Source: Phoronis australis (Eukaryota; Animalia; Phoronida). Taken from it: a stretch of DNA of 64,000 nt. The position numbers and the translations under genes are program-made. The notes under the pieces were generated by a model. It worked only from the letters and a program-made list of their open reading frames with translations. It made no database searches and was not told the origin of the DNA. The DNA lies in contig NMRA01000111.1 in the NCBI GenBank assembly GCA_002633005.1, positions 672,261-736,260 on the forward strand. The letters are read 5' to 3'. The stretch's first letter is position 1; each line of letters starts with the position of its first letter. This document shows, in pieces, positions 40,200-53,525 of this stretch.

Positions 40200-40434
40200 C
40201 TATGAGCCAGAACAGTGCTTCCCGATAAGCTACCATTAAGACTGGCGCCGGCTATTGCACGATTACTGGCTGAGTCACGGTCGCTCTCGTCACGCACTAT
40301 TCCAATTCGGTCAACGTGGCAGCCACTCGCGCTCAGACTCTTAGACATGTCAACAGAGGCCTCCCCAATACTCGGACCAATAGATGGTTCTGTGATGGCG
40401 TGCTGACTGTTTACCTCAATACTGTGGGAGTCAC
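40200..40434 (-). CDS. RNF19A: RNF19 exon (…PSIGEAS…LSASG…DSASNRAIAGASLNGSLSGS…)
   Basis: ccaacag acceptor, AG|gtaaat donor, phase 1 to 2; PSIGE and AGASxxGS motifs typical of RNF19. Confidence 0.9.
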
Positions 40435-41973
40435 CTGTTGGCAAATAATTGTGTAAATGACACAATGATACAACAATGGTACAGCAAAAGATATTCTCAT
40501 TTAAAAAATGTATTCAAGTTCAGAATACAACTTTTCGTCCAAACTCTATGACAGGGATGAGAGTGGGTGGCCTCCAGGAAAATCTTGAAAAAGTAAGGCC
40601 TTACAAACCACTTTTCCTGCTATCTGAGCTCAAGCAGACAAAAAAAATCTGTAGTTGACTTTTTCAGAGCTTTACGATCCAACCAATGTCACTTGAACTT
40701 GTTTTTAATGCCAGCATCTATTTCACATACTTTCGCTTCATGTCACTTGTAAATTGCATTCTGTCATTATTTTGAGTAAAAAAGCCGATACAAAGGAGAA
40801 ATGTATTGAAGAAGAGCAGCAGATGAACATGTGCAAGTTGTGCGTATTTTTGTAAGAACTATTATGATTTGCTATCATGCTATCGTCTTCCATGTTTTGG
40901 CCAATTACACTGTAGATAAAACCTTCTATCATGCGACTTAATGAGTCGGACTAAAGATGGCGAAAATGTAAACATGAATGATCATTGAAAGAATGAATTA
41001 CGCTGCAGTATCTTGAAGAAACACACCCCTATGCTTCTTCAATAAATGGAAAAGGAGTTCTAAATGGATTTGACATGATACAGAATGGTTTATTTTTACT
41101 CATAAAAAGTGGAAATCTGCCAAAAAGTAGAAAACTATTATTAAAGGTTCAGAAAGCACTCTATCACAGCAGGGCAGTTCTAATTATGCTCTTGAAAATG
41201 GTAAAAACTAGTAGTATCTTGCTAGTAGTGTACAATGACTCAAGATGCTATCTTTGACCAAAAATGACCATTTCCACATTTACAAAAACTCCTCATTTGG
41301 TTTCAACCATAGACAACAGCGGATCCTAAATAGAGACTAAATCCAGATATTAGTCTAATCCAGCATCACGACTCCCAGGTTAATTATCTTCCACAGTTCA
41401 AGAAGATACTAAACCCATTTATCAACAGTATCAGAGAAACAAAACCTAATGTACCTATTTTGGCAAAAAATTTTTCAAGTAACCTCATGTTAACATGATC
41501 CTAACTGAGTCATAATTTTGACGAGGAATTCAGTTTCAGATACCCAACACTCGGAAAAATCACCATTATCAATTTATCTCATATGTGGGCGTATAAAAAT
41601 GCATATGTCGGATGATGACAGCTCAGTATCAACAAATACAAGAGTATACAGGACTACAGGATATTTCCAGAAAAGTTTCTTGAAATTAGAACACAATATA
41701 TGGAGGAACAGAAGACCCTTTTACTTATGAAGGAATGACTCAGATCAACAAACGGATACCAATACAGTGAATGTTTAAATCATAAAAAATTTTGGCCAAT
41801 ACTTTTGTTTGAATTTGTGGAAACTTCACTATTTAGATAAAAGAAAAAATCATGCTTGTATTTCTTCATGTTAAGTCCAATTTGAAACACAGCTGAAACC
41901 ACTGCTGAACCAAAAATTCATTTAACCCTTCCAGAAACAGCACAGTTATCAAATCTTAGAATGTTTTACAAAC

Positions 41974-42141
41974 CAGATGGCACTCCGGTCGAGATGCCGA
42001 CGGTCACATCGTTATCATCGTCAAACTCAAAACGAACACCTCCAGACTCAGTGGTTTTGACACCGCAGCCCCCACTACTGCGGCACAAAGATATAGGTAC
42101 CACGCCATAGACATAGGCCAACAGAATGGGCACGCCAACTC
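41974..42141 (-). CDS. RNF19A: RNF19 exon ([28 protein letters not shown]…RFEFDDDND)
   Basis: ttattacag acceptor, G|gtttgt donor; highly conserved RNF19 segment. Confidence 0.93.
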
Positions 42142-42352
42142 CTGTAATAACAGAGAACGGCAACATCAATACAAGTCAAAACAGCTATCAGTCCGCCATT
42201 CCAACCAAAACATGAAGCAATATAATAAGCAAGCAAAGTAATTTCTGAGATCAGCCTCAACATATCGAATCTGGAGGCGCCACAGTTGGAGTCAAATACT
42301 CTGATGGTGTAGCTTAATGTGCCTTGATAAATGGCAAAGCATTTTGAGCGTA

Positions 42353-43219
42353 GCCGACTGGTTAAGTCACCTGCCATGATGTCAGTGAATGTCTGGCTCT
42401 CATTGGTAAAAGCTAACAACTTCAAGAAGTCTATCCCATCCATAAAACAATCCCAAAACAAAACAGCATCCTTGGACCATAAAGCTGATAACATCACTGT
42501 AACTTGTTCCTCACTTCAATGTGAAGTAATTTCTGGGTTTGTTAAGAATGGACAATTCCTTATTCATTAGACCATACCCATAATACGACACAGCAAGACA
42601 GGCCAAAGTGTAGATCCTAAACTCAAGCAGTAACACACAAACAGTTCTGTTCAATCTCTGAAATCATCTCCAACAGTTACGGTCCATTTTCAAAACAGTA
42701 GGTTGTTTTTGACTTTGTGGTGTAAGGTGAATTTATTGACACTTGGAAGCGATGAAAAAAGGTTGAATGCTAGAATGACATCAGANGCCGACTGGTTAAG
42801 TCACCTGCCATGATGTCAGTGAATGTCTGGCTCTCATTGGTAAAAGCTAACAACTTCAAGAAGTCTATCCCATCGATAAAACAATCCCAAAACAAAACAG
42901 CATCCTTGGGCCATAAAGCTGATAACATCACTGTAACTTGTTCCTCACTTCAATGTGAAGTAATTTCTGGGTTTGCTAAGAATGGACAATTCCTTATTCA
43001 TTAGACCATACCCATAATACGACACAGCAAGACAGGCCAAAGTGTAGATCCTAAACTCAAGCAGTAACACACAAACAGTTCTGTTCAATCTCTGAAATCA
43101 TCTCCAACAGTTACGGTCCATTTTCAAAACAGTAGGTTGTTTTTGACTTTGTGGTGTAAGGTGAATTTATTGACACTTGGAAGCGATGAAAAAAGGTTGA
43201 ATGCTAGAATGACATCAGA
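42353..43219. repeat. 433-bp direct duplication split by a single N (likely contig-overlap artefact)
   Basis: 42353-42785 and 42787-43219 are identical except about 3 substitutions; N at 42786. Confidence 0.9.
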
Positions 43220-43576
43220 TTAGTCAAGCACTATTAAAGTCGTCCGTATCTACATCCTAAAACGAGGTTTTCAATCACAATGGACAATGAAAAATACAAG
43301 TAAAAATACCTGAAGCACAGAGAGTAGCTAAAGATCAAATGACAGGCAAATGAATGTCAAAGAAAACAATTTATACTGTCACTTTACAAATAATTATAAA
43401 AAAATCTCACAACTGAATGTGTATAATGGCTGCTCAACCATTTAGTGACAACTACTTTTAACGTTATTTTAATGACTTCAAAATCAAAGTTTTCTTTTCC
43501 ACTTCCCACATTCCACAATTCTTAAATCTTGAACTGATGGTTTCTGTTCCACATTTCTCCTTTTCTTTGGACTTAC

Positions 43577-43685
43577 CCACAGCGAGACCAGCAACAACAG
43601 GGGAGACAATCACTGAAGCCATTACACCCCCAGTTATAATGGCATTCCGCTTGTGTCGGGGCATTGCTTCATATTTAGCATGAAG
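43577..43685 (-). CDS. RNF19A: RNF19 exon, second hydrophobic segment (LHAKYEAMPRHKRNAIITGGVMASVIVSPVVAGLAV)
   Basis: tttccag acceptor, G|gtaagt donor; HKRN…GGV…SPV motif. Confidence 0.93.
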
Positions 43686-45019
43686 CTGGAAATAGTAAAT
43701 GATAAAGTATTAATCTTGGAATTGACTTTTCACTGATCCAAGAAAGTTCATAACAAGAAAAATTAAATCTGTCCAGCTGGAATGTGTCATACTCACTAAA
43801 AATCCTCTAGAAGGGAGCGAGATGCTACCGAGAGCTTAAGGGATTTTTTCATAAGAATGATACAAACCGGCCGAACAGGTTTAATTTTTTTAATTAATAT
43901 AAAGTTACATCAGTTAAGACAATCACATTGATTACAGGAAAGCATTTGAAGACCACAGACATCAGCAAATGCACCACAGACATGCAAGGCATAGTCTCGA
44001 TGAGTATGACATCTCTGGACACTAATTACTTACAATACATTAGATACTTCTGTGAAAGTCAAAACTTAAATCTATACGGATTCATCTAATTTTATCAAAT
44101 ATTAATGTCAAGCCTAACGCGTCGTATTAAAATAACAAATAAAGGAATCAAACCGAAAATATGAACGAAAACAACGTTCTTCAAAGTGGAAATTACTCCT
44201 ACACATAAGCACAATATCCCAAATAATTGAAGGATCATTGTTTACGAAATAAAATTTTGATGATCTTTTGTTTGTCTCAATTCTTTTTACCAACTTCATC
44301 CTGGGCAGTCCTGAGTATCCATGAGGGTTATTTTACTTTTATGTACTTGTATGTATGAATAGATGGCCTATTTCCATGTTATAGTGGTTTGTTCGTTGCA
44401 ATTTATGAGCATGTCTTTTTTTCAGTCTCGAGCTGTTTAGATTGTAAACATGTAAAGTGAACGTATTCCAAACACAAAAGCAAATGCCAAATGCTCATAG
44501 ATTGTGTCATATTAATTTTTTGAGAAGCAATGGAGAAGTGAGTGTTTGCTGTTGAATAGATTGGAGCATGGTTTGTTAACCTGACATTGACAAGTTCATT
44601 TAATACCAAGGCAAAGCTAATTTAATGGGAGCCCTTTGTTTGTAATAGTCCAAGAACCAATTATAAAGAAGACGACTCATTTACCAGGGCGTAATAGAGT
44701 TCCGTGATGCACATAATTACGAATTTCACCACACGCCGTCATTTTGCTAAAAAGTGATAATGACCCAGGATTTAGTTTTTTCAAATTACACTGGTTCATT
44801 ACCACTTCTGCTATTAAAACTTCAGTTTGTTGTCAGATGTGATAATTGTCGAGGCATTCAATGACCGATGTGTCATTTTGCAACATTGCATAAATGCTCA
44901 TGTCTGTCACTGATCTATAGTTCACACAAATGCGATAATGACCAAGGCACATAATGACAAGCTGAGCGAGAGGTACTTTTACTTCACAGTGGGGGTATGC
45001 ATACTACAGGAGTACTGGT

Positions 45020-46010
45020 GACACAACACGGAGCGTTGAAATGCGTCCACAACTGCACTGTCTGAAAAAGGGAAGGTGTCATCTCCCTAACAGAAATCCA
45101 TTCATAAAAATCCGTAAAAAACTCTAGAGACAAGCGTGAAATAACAAACTGTAGAGATAGAGACAAGCGTGAAATAGCAAACTGTATAGCAGTAGTTGGA
45201 TCCGCGCATCTATTGTCAAGTTAAAAGGAAAATACTTGACAACTTTTCAAAAGATCTTGCAAGGGTCTAGGAGATACAGCTGCAGATACAAAAATGGCTA
45301 CTAGGTGGTGCAGAATACATCGAATCTATCCTGAAATCAAAAGGTGCTGTTGTCTTCATCACAGAAACAAATGTGTTTGCTAAATTTCATAAAACAGACA
45401 GATTGGGAAGCAAATGTAAAAATTAAGGCACCATCGTTTCCTTAATAGACACCTAACTGCCAAATTTAACAACAATTTATCAATCAAAACCAAAAATGTA
45501 GAGGGAAACGAAAAAATATTGACACTAGGGGCACTCATTATGGGATTGGTCTGAGACTCGTCGTCATCCATTGTCAGCTCCATGACTGCAAAGGGACAAG
45601 GAGATAGAGCCAAACAAAAAAAATCTCCAATCTCGGGCACCAGATAACCGAACTCCTTCAAAAATCAAAGACAACTGCAGGCTTCTCATTGGGAACACCT
45701 CAGCCAATTCTCATAATGAACCTTTGGAGTACGTTTGGCGGATAGTGAGGCGGACATCAAAAACTGGCTAGGAAATATAATTAAAAATGTCCACTAGACA
45801 ACACAGAATATGCAATATCCATTCAGAAATGGGATGGTGTCATCATCTCAATAAAAGAAACCAGTGTTCAAAATTTCATTAAAATCCATCACAAAAAAGA
45901 TACTAAGGTAAATGTAAAAAATAAAATTCCCACTAGGGGACACTGCGGCACTTGGATCGTCGTCATATGTCGTTAGCTTCATAGGAAAACATCTACCAAA
46001 TATCAATAAG
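45020..46010 (+). mobile_element. Degenerate HINE-like family copy; boundaries approximate
   Basis: caacacggagcgttgaaatgcgtccacaactgcac matches the element start at about 55364; repeated aaaatggctactaggtggtgc modules. Confidence 0.65.
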
Positions 46011-46093
46011 AACTTGCACTGAGTTTAGAACATACTACGTACGTGAGGGCGCATAAAATAGAAAACACCTCCACTAACCCTTTCACAACTCAC

Positions 46094-46256
46094 CTTCCTG
46101 GCAACCCAGATAGGAATGCCAATGATCATGGCTGGCACTGCTATGCTGGCGATGAGTCCTATTCCAACAGGAGCTCCCACCAGTGTTCCCAGTTGCCACA
46201 GAATCTTTTTCTTTCGACTCCATGGCTTCTTACCCCAGAACGTGCAACCAGATGGA
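46094..46256 (-). CDS. RNF19A: RNF19 exon ([33 protein letters not shown]…WVARK), first hydrophobic segment
   Basis: tttcag acceptor, AAG|gtgagt donor; closely matches the recalled RNF19A motif. Confidence 0.95.
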
Positions 46257-46741
46257 CTGAAACATAACAAGTTATTTCTCTCAACAGAAAAACTGACAAA
46301 CACAATTGAGAATGGCAGTTGCAACCACCTTAATTCATTCTCCAAAATACCCAACTATTGCGCTACCTGTTGAAAGACATGGGTAATAGTCTGATATAAC
46401 GTGCCCGAAATTTGAGAACCAGTTTTCTCCACTCAATAACGGGGATCAAACTGGTTCTGAAAATACGGGCACGTTATATCAGACATGAATAACGCCAAAA
46501 TAGGGCTGAGTGATGACGAGACCAATATCTTAACTTCTCTCATGATGAAACACTTAATCATCAGTCGCATATTTTTAGAAACGTTGCAATAAGCAACGGG
46601 CATAACGGACACGTTCAATGCAATATTAAAAACTCCAGCAATTCCATTGATAATGAAATCAAAAGCAAAAGTTCTATTCACAGACAAAAGTGTCAGCAAG
46701 TGTTTTCTTAAATATATCTGAGGGAGCAAAAAGCACGTAAA

Positions 46742-47065
46742 CAGTGGCGGACCTAGGGGGGCCCAACATGTTGCCTCGGGGGAATTGGGCAAAGCGCAGT
46801 TGTATGTCGACAGGCAGCCTGAAAGTTGTGGGGGGTGGTGGTCGGGTGGCGGTGGCCAGGGATGTGGACCTTATGTTCAGGACATCTATCGGTGGACTAA
46901 AATAAAAAAACGCGATTACGATTCCGTCGGAGCCCCCCCTCGTCCGCTACCAGACCTAGTTACTGAAGTCAATATTTCCTCACGCTTCACGCTGCTGTTG
47001 CTTCATTTTGTTTCCGGCAGCCAAGGNNNNNGGGGCCCCCCCCCCCCCCACCTACATCTGCCTAT
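46742..47065. mobile_element. MITE with G/C-rich imperfect TIRs (cagtggcggacctagggggg … cccccacctacatctgcctatg)
   Basis: Imperfect terminal inverted repeats; GC-rich insert in an AT-rich intron. Confidence 0.55.
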
Positions 47066-47473
47066 GATAAAGTAAGCCTGTAAGTCTAAATGTACCTTGT
47101 AACCCTATACAGCATGCGGTCACAGAAACAACCTTTTTCCATCCACACTGCTTTTTGCCCATCAGTTCCAATTTACTGAATACATCACTCGTCAGCAACA
47201 TTGTTGTGTCAGCTCTTTTCAAGCAAACAATCTCAGGTGGGTATAATTGGAGGCCAGTGTTATAAAAGTGAGTGATCTATTTCACAAGTTTATGTTTTTG
47301 ACATCAAAACTCAGCAAAGGTGAGTGAATTGAGATTTGGTTCAAAACAGTTCAATAAAGAATATTGAACATAAGAGCTAGTAACTCACTCAGACAACGAA
47401 GAAAATTGCCAGTTCATTTACTGAATTAGTGACACCTCCAGTTAAAAGTCTAAACATCTTAGGTGGCACGTAC

Positions 47474-47625
47474 CTCAAGTAGTGGAGATCTGATATCTCC
47501 TTCATACACAACCAGCAGAACTCAGCTCCACAAACAGCGCAAGTCATGTGATTGCAAGAGCCATCGTCCATCTTCATAATGCACGCACTACACCGCGGAC
47601 ATGGCTTGATCTCTGCTGCCGCTTC
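47474..47625 (-). CDS. RNF19A: RNF19 RING2 exon with the catalytic Cys (IKPCPRC…[31 protein letters not shown])
   Basis: ttgttgcag acceptor, AG|gtacgt donor; RBR RING2 GxCNH motif. Confidence 0.96.
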
Positions 47626-48255
47626 CTGCAACAAACACAGTTGTCAAGATCGTACACAGTGGGTTAAAATGCAAACAATTACGATTAATTACTTTAATCT
47701 GATTGATTTTCAACGTTTCTCAGAATCCACTCACAGAGATATGAAAGTTTGCTTATACCACATTTTCAGCTTCATCAGTCTAGACACAGTTCAATTAACA
47801 TTTTGACACTTCCAGTTTCACTAGAAATTCCTTTCCAAAACTTCATGAATTGATTTCAAAATGGATACTTATGTCCAAGTCTTACTGGATTGTAGTCGTG
47901 GTAAACTAAGGTTTTGAAATATCACCTATAATAGGAAATACTCGGGAGGGGAAAAATGTCGCCCAAGGATTAAAAGTACAGTAAATTCGCAACCATTTAG
48001 GATGCAATATGGAGGACAAATGAAATTTCATTTTCTACCAAAAAATATTTTGAAAATATGCGGGCATTCACAACAATGTTACAAGACCTTGAGAAACAAA
48101 TAACAGGTAACTTTGACAATTAAAATTGGTGAGGATGTATCTGTAACAGTCAAATGAGATCAGCACGAGTCTCGAGAGAGAAACAACAAATCTGGTGATA
48201 AACGATTTGCCAACTCTGCGGTCTTCTCAGTTCTGAAATCAACTTCCTGCTAAAC

Positions 48256-48419
48256 AATTGACCTATCACAAGGATTTTGAGTAACGGCTTAGCTGACCAT
48301 TTAGAACACAGGATTATTGACACACCTTCATTTCCAAGCCGCCATTTTACCCAACAAACAACACGTTGCCGGGTAAAACTTGATGCTTGTTAGTCGACAT
48401 TACTTGCGATAGGTCAATT
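48256..48419. mobile_element. MITE, TIR AATTGACCTATC (copy 1)
   Basis: aattgacctatc … gataggtcaatt; homologous to 50212-50390 in reverse. Confidence 0.85.
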
Positions 48420-49914
48420 CAGCTTATCATTTGATGTTACGTATGTAGGAAGTGTGATTGAGAGACATGGCACATAAACTGAACATTTGAAAAGTGTTCA
48501 GATATGGTGATAAAACTGCATCTAATTCAATCTCTGTTGACAAGATTTTGGAACAAATAGAAAAATATTTACTCGCAACAAAATGCTAAAATTTAATAAG
48601 ACTTGGTAGCTATCTATATCTCTCTAGTAGCATTTTGGACTGGTCTGTAAATCATTGTAAAGATTTTTTGATAAAACACAAACAACAAATACAATAGCTG
48701 TTCACACCATTCTCTCAAGATTTCGTTGGACTAAGAAACAAGAGCTAAGTATCAAGTCCATGAAAGTGGTGGCCGTTAGCAATTTAGTTGTATCTGACCA
48801 CTTGATTCTGATGTTGGCATAATTGACAGTTTTACAATGTACTATTACACACTTTTCCATTTTATTGTATGTTTTCATCTTTGATTGAATAAATTAATAG
48901 TCTCCTTTTGTGAAGTCACAGTCCATATATCTGGTCCATTACCAGAATCAAATTTCAGGCCTCATCCATGTAATTTTGTATTCATTTTACATGAAAAAAC
49001 AATTTTCATGGATATGCCCAGTGCCAAAATTGTCATTTTTCTAGTTTTCAAGGGTCAATTACTTTGCTACAAATAAAGAAAACTTCATCAAATTTTGTTT
49101 AACAGAATCTACACAGTACAAACCATGTTTAGCTTAGTAATAGAAATTTGACTAAATAGAATTTTACTTGTTGGCCATACTGTGTGCTAAAGAACCGAAA
49201 AATTAAACATAACCCAAAAAAGACAAGACCATCACACAACGAACTACACACATCATGAACAGTGAGTACCCTCAAGGTCAACAATGAATGGCATAAACTG
49301 AGGAATATTATTTATGGCTCAAACTATGGTCTCGATGTCGGAGTCCAACAAGACTTGAATGTGCCATTATAAACATGTATGCATGCAACTTATACATACA
49401 GATTGTCTAGACGGTGAAAAGCATGTAAATGATGGCAGGATTGACGTAACTGTCAGATGAGAACATTAATGATACATTGTTCGACGTTTCCTCACCCTTT
49501 GATTACCTTCCATTAACAGCAGTCGCCCTGATGAGTCATCGCTGCAGTGAATTGCTGCTCTTCCGTGACATAAGCAACATACCTAGTACATGTTTCCTCA
49601 AACAGTGTTGCCATTGCCAACAAAACTCAACAAATGCCAGGAAAGTCAAAGTAAGAATGAATTCTTTCCAGGCTGCATTAATTTTGGGATTTTATCAAAT
49701 TTTGGATACACTAATCAACTTGGCCTTGTGCATGATTTATACTCTCGGACATCTAGAAATGAAAAAAGATCATCAAAAAACAAATTCATTCCTGCTGCAA
49801 AGTCCACATGAATTCTTTTTGTGTGTATATATGCGTAAATCTTGAACTGGTGTGGAAATATAGATCACGATGCCCACTGCTATAAGTCTGATTGGATTTC
49901 TGTGTTTGACCTGT

Positions 49915-49990
49915 GGTTTTGATGGCTCAGTGGATAGAGAGTCTGCACAGTTAGCAGAAGGTTGTGGGTTCGAGTCCTGGTCAGGGGCAA
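49915..49990 (+). mobile_element. tRNA-derived sequence (SINE head or tRNA pseudogene)
   Basis: A-box TGGCTCAGTGG, B-box GGTTCGAGTCC, stem tctgc/gcaga; acceptor stem and anticodon loop are non-canonical. Confidence 0.65.
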
Positions 49991-50211
49991 AAATCTTTTG
50001 AACTGATGTTCATTAGGTCACATGATGTGGCCAACAGGTGGCATGCAGACCAGACTCAAAATGTTTATGAATTCTTTTCGTGGTTGACAAGAGGACTGGT
50101 ATCTTTAAAAACACTGAAAAACTATATATTCTACAATGATATAACCCTTTTGCACAACTGTAGTGAGCACAAAGCTACTGGTCTGTATTCACACAAGTGC
50201 CATCAATCGAT

Positions 50212-50390
50212 AATTGACCTATCGCAAGCTCCGCCCCCTTGCGTAATGTCAACTAACAAACAATAAGTTTTACCCGGCGACGTGTTGTTTGTCGGGTAAA
50301 ATGGCGGCTTGGAAACGAAGGTGTGTCAATAATGCTGTGTTCTAAATGGTCAGTTAAGTCGTCACTCAAAATCCTGGCGATAGGTCAATT
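50212..50390. mobile_element. MITE, TIR AATTGACCTATCGC (copy 2, inverted relative to copy 1)
   Basis: aattgacctatcgc … gcgataggtcaatt; interior is the reverse complement of 48256-48419. Confidence 0.85.
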
Positions 50391-50795
50391 GGCAGTACTA
50401 AAACTCTATCTATCCCAACACCTGGATTTTCACAGACATACCCAAGCACTGCCACATTTTGGACAGAGTGGCTGGATAGCATTTAGCGGCTACTACTGTG
50501 TAACAGTACATGCTAAAGATACTAACAAAGTAACCCACAATTCGCCTTCCCTTGTCAAGACACCTGAGCACATGTCAAGAACCTGAGCACAAAAATAGTT
50601 CACCATCACAGTAATCGTTCAGAACAGGAAACAACACAATCTTTACCTAAGACCTATGTTAAAGGATTGTTTCAAGTAATGAGTCATTATGGTTCATTGC
50701 CCTCTCCTAGCGAGATTAGATGTCATGGCAGGGAAAAAATAGGTATTTTGTCTAATAACATTATGTATGTACTATACTTCGACCAATAGACTTAC

Positions 50796-50982
50796 TGCAG
50801 AAGACATGCTACGTCTTCCAGATGCCACAGCTAAACTAGGCGATCGTCGAGCCCGGGCAGCATCACATGTCAAATTCGGGTGCCAGAACTGCTTGCAATG
50901 GTAACAAAAGTGAGAGCCACATCCTGGCCGCTCGCACTTCAGCTTTGGACAGCCTGCGCAGCCACTGGCAATGACAGCGTAC
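50796..50982 (-). CDS. RNF19A: RNF19 IBR exon ([43 protein letters not shown]…)
   Basis: tttgcag acceptor, GCA|gtaagt donor; IBR Cys/His pattern. Confidence 0.95.
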
Positions 50983-53525
50983 CTGCAAACAAACATTGGC
51001 ACGATCAGGTAACCTTAATGACCATCACAGCAGGTGTTGGCGAGCATGCTGTTTCCTGACCTGCGACCACACGATAAGATTACCTCTTCTGGTATTCCTC
51101 CAAGACAACAAAGGGTGCTAAAAAATTTTCCGTTTGGGATCGAGGTTATAAGTAAAGTTGCTACTTTCAAATTTCTAAAAGTTTAACACCACATTGCTGC
51201 AAATTCACTAACGTTTACCAAATGTAAATTGGTGATGCACTAACTTGAGCGTGCTAAAATCATATAATATGAAATTCTATTTATCCAGCATAAACTTCTG
51301 TCCTAAAACAAATAACTATCACGTTCTTCACCTTTCCGTTTCAACCACAAAGAGAAAAACCAAATTAAACAAATGCATCAGATTGAATGGTGTGTTTTTC
51401 TCGTTTTGGTTCAGCATGTAAACCATCTTCAAGTTTGAAGTTTGCATAGTAGGTAACTGTCAATATACTTGTGTTGATGTTATTCCCCACTAGTTTAGGA
51501 TGTTCTTAAAACAGTTTGAGCGTTCCCACCAATTTTATCCAAATCTGTCCACAACTAGTGCTTGAGTTCATGATAAACAAAACAGACATAATAAACTCCT
51601 CCACGAAGTTTGATGTTTGCACCAAGATGAGCAATTAATTGTTACTATGGTCACCTTCAATACTGCATTTAACTTCACGGCTGGAGGAGTTCCCGTGCTC
51701 TAAGAAATCAATCAATGATCATCACAGGTCTCATTAAGCTAACAAGTTACATAAAGCCAAGTGCAACGCAATTAAGAACTTAGGGTACAGAAAAAAATCT
51801 TGTTTTGTTTTGTTTTATCTATCATAGACGGGCCCCCATGGAAAGCAGTGTGAACTGATGGGGCTACCCTCATTGTAAATATTACATTAATAAATAGATA
51901 AATAAATCAAAATAAGAACGAGGTGTTGTAACAAAATAATATGGCAGAATCAATAAACAAAATAAAACAATGATTCGGGTAATAACCAATGATTAATTTC
52001 ATTTGACAATTCACACATTGAATTGATTTCTGGAATATTAGAATATTATATGGAAACAGAGTCAAACGAGATCATTTTCTAGCAGTCATTTCACACTTTT
52101 CTCGAAATGTGAATTTCATCAGTTGTATTGACGACTAATGGTAAATCTTCACAGATATGCACACAAAGTGACGGAAAAGAACAATTTCATTTTGGCCAAT
52201 TTCTACATTCTAATTCTATCTGAGATGTACCTTTCATTTGTGTATAGATATCACAAAAAGCATAAGTCAAGTGCGATTACTATAGTCCACCAAATGTGAT
52301 CATGTAGAGCTCGTGAACTCTCACCTTATTTGAAGCTGCATTGGGCCAAGCATATCAACGGATTGCTATGCTTGGCCCAATGCTCACCCAATTTTTGGTA
52401 TTCTAAATACAAGCGCTCTGAGAATTACCCTGGGAAAGTGCAGAAGTTATGCAGAACATGCCGTCTAAAATTAACTGTTGAGTAGGACTTGATCTCTTAC
52501 GCCTCGAAAATCAGTGAATGGCATCAAGATTTTTGGTAATTATAGAAGAAAACACGAAATCGCCACTAGGTAGCACTAGGGTCTTCAAAGTCTTCCGAAA
52601 AGGGCCAAGTAGTGGAGCAATCCTTCAAAAGCTTGGTTAGACAGAGGTGAAGACTAAAAACAAATGCCAAAAAATAAAACAACCACTAACAGAAAGCGAA
52701 GTCATGAAATACCTCCACAGACAGAAACACGTGGGCTGAATTTCATAAAAAGTCGTCAAAATGTTTGTCAGATAGGGATCAGAATACCAAACAACAAGCA
52801 CTGATATTGAGATTTGGATAAAGCAATCAAACCTGAGCTTAGCAATAGTCAAATAGTCAGCCACATACATAAATTGACAATTTGACATCAAGACTCATGA
52901 CCTCCATCTCCATGATAGGAAGGGGAAGTACCACATTTCAGTAACTCAGAACCACAGCTATAGGTAGCCCACCAAAACATTTGGTCCTAACAAGAGGTAC
53001 TGGTGTAATTCCATGTGGTAAATAACAAGATGTAGAAACAATTGCATGGCTGTGAATATTCATTGTACTGTAGGTTGTCATCAGCTGTAAACCATTTTTG
53101 GTGGTTATGTAGAGTTTACGGTAGGGGGCAGGATCTGTATTGCCGGCTTGTTGGCTACTGGTTCTGGACTGGGGGTTTGAGGATCATGGCTTGAATTTAG
53201 AGGCTCAGGCATAGAATCAGCTTTTGGTCCATGAACATACAGAGCAAATTAAATAGAACAAAGATAGAGATCGAATGACTGCATTACACATATTTTTGAA
53301 CAGTTTGCTAAAAACAATCAACAGGTGACTCCAAAGATAAAGAACCACATCAACAATATGATAAGTCTTTACCCACCCCCACCAAACAATTAACGAAACT
53401 GACAGTTTTAAATTTTTCAAAACCTAACTACCATTATGACACTAGTTTTCAAAATTAACAGGACAACATCGAATTTCAACAAATTTTCACACACAAAACC
53501 CGATTTTAATATCAACAGAGGTTTT

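Noticed and set aside
42353-43219. Recent biological tandem duplication
   Set aside because: The copies are joined exactly at a single N and differ by about 3 SNPs, typical of an unmerged allelic contig overlap. The content looks like a decayed LINE fragment.
49915-49990. Functional tRNA gene
   Set aside because: The acceptor stem pairs poorly and the anticodon loop lacks the conserved U33.
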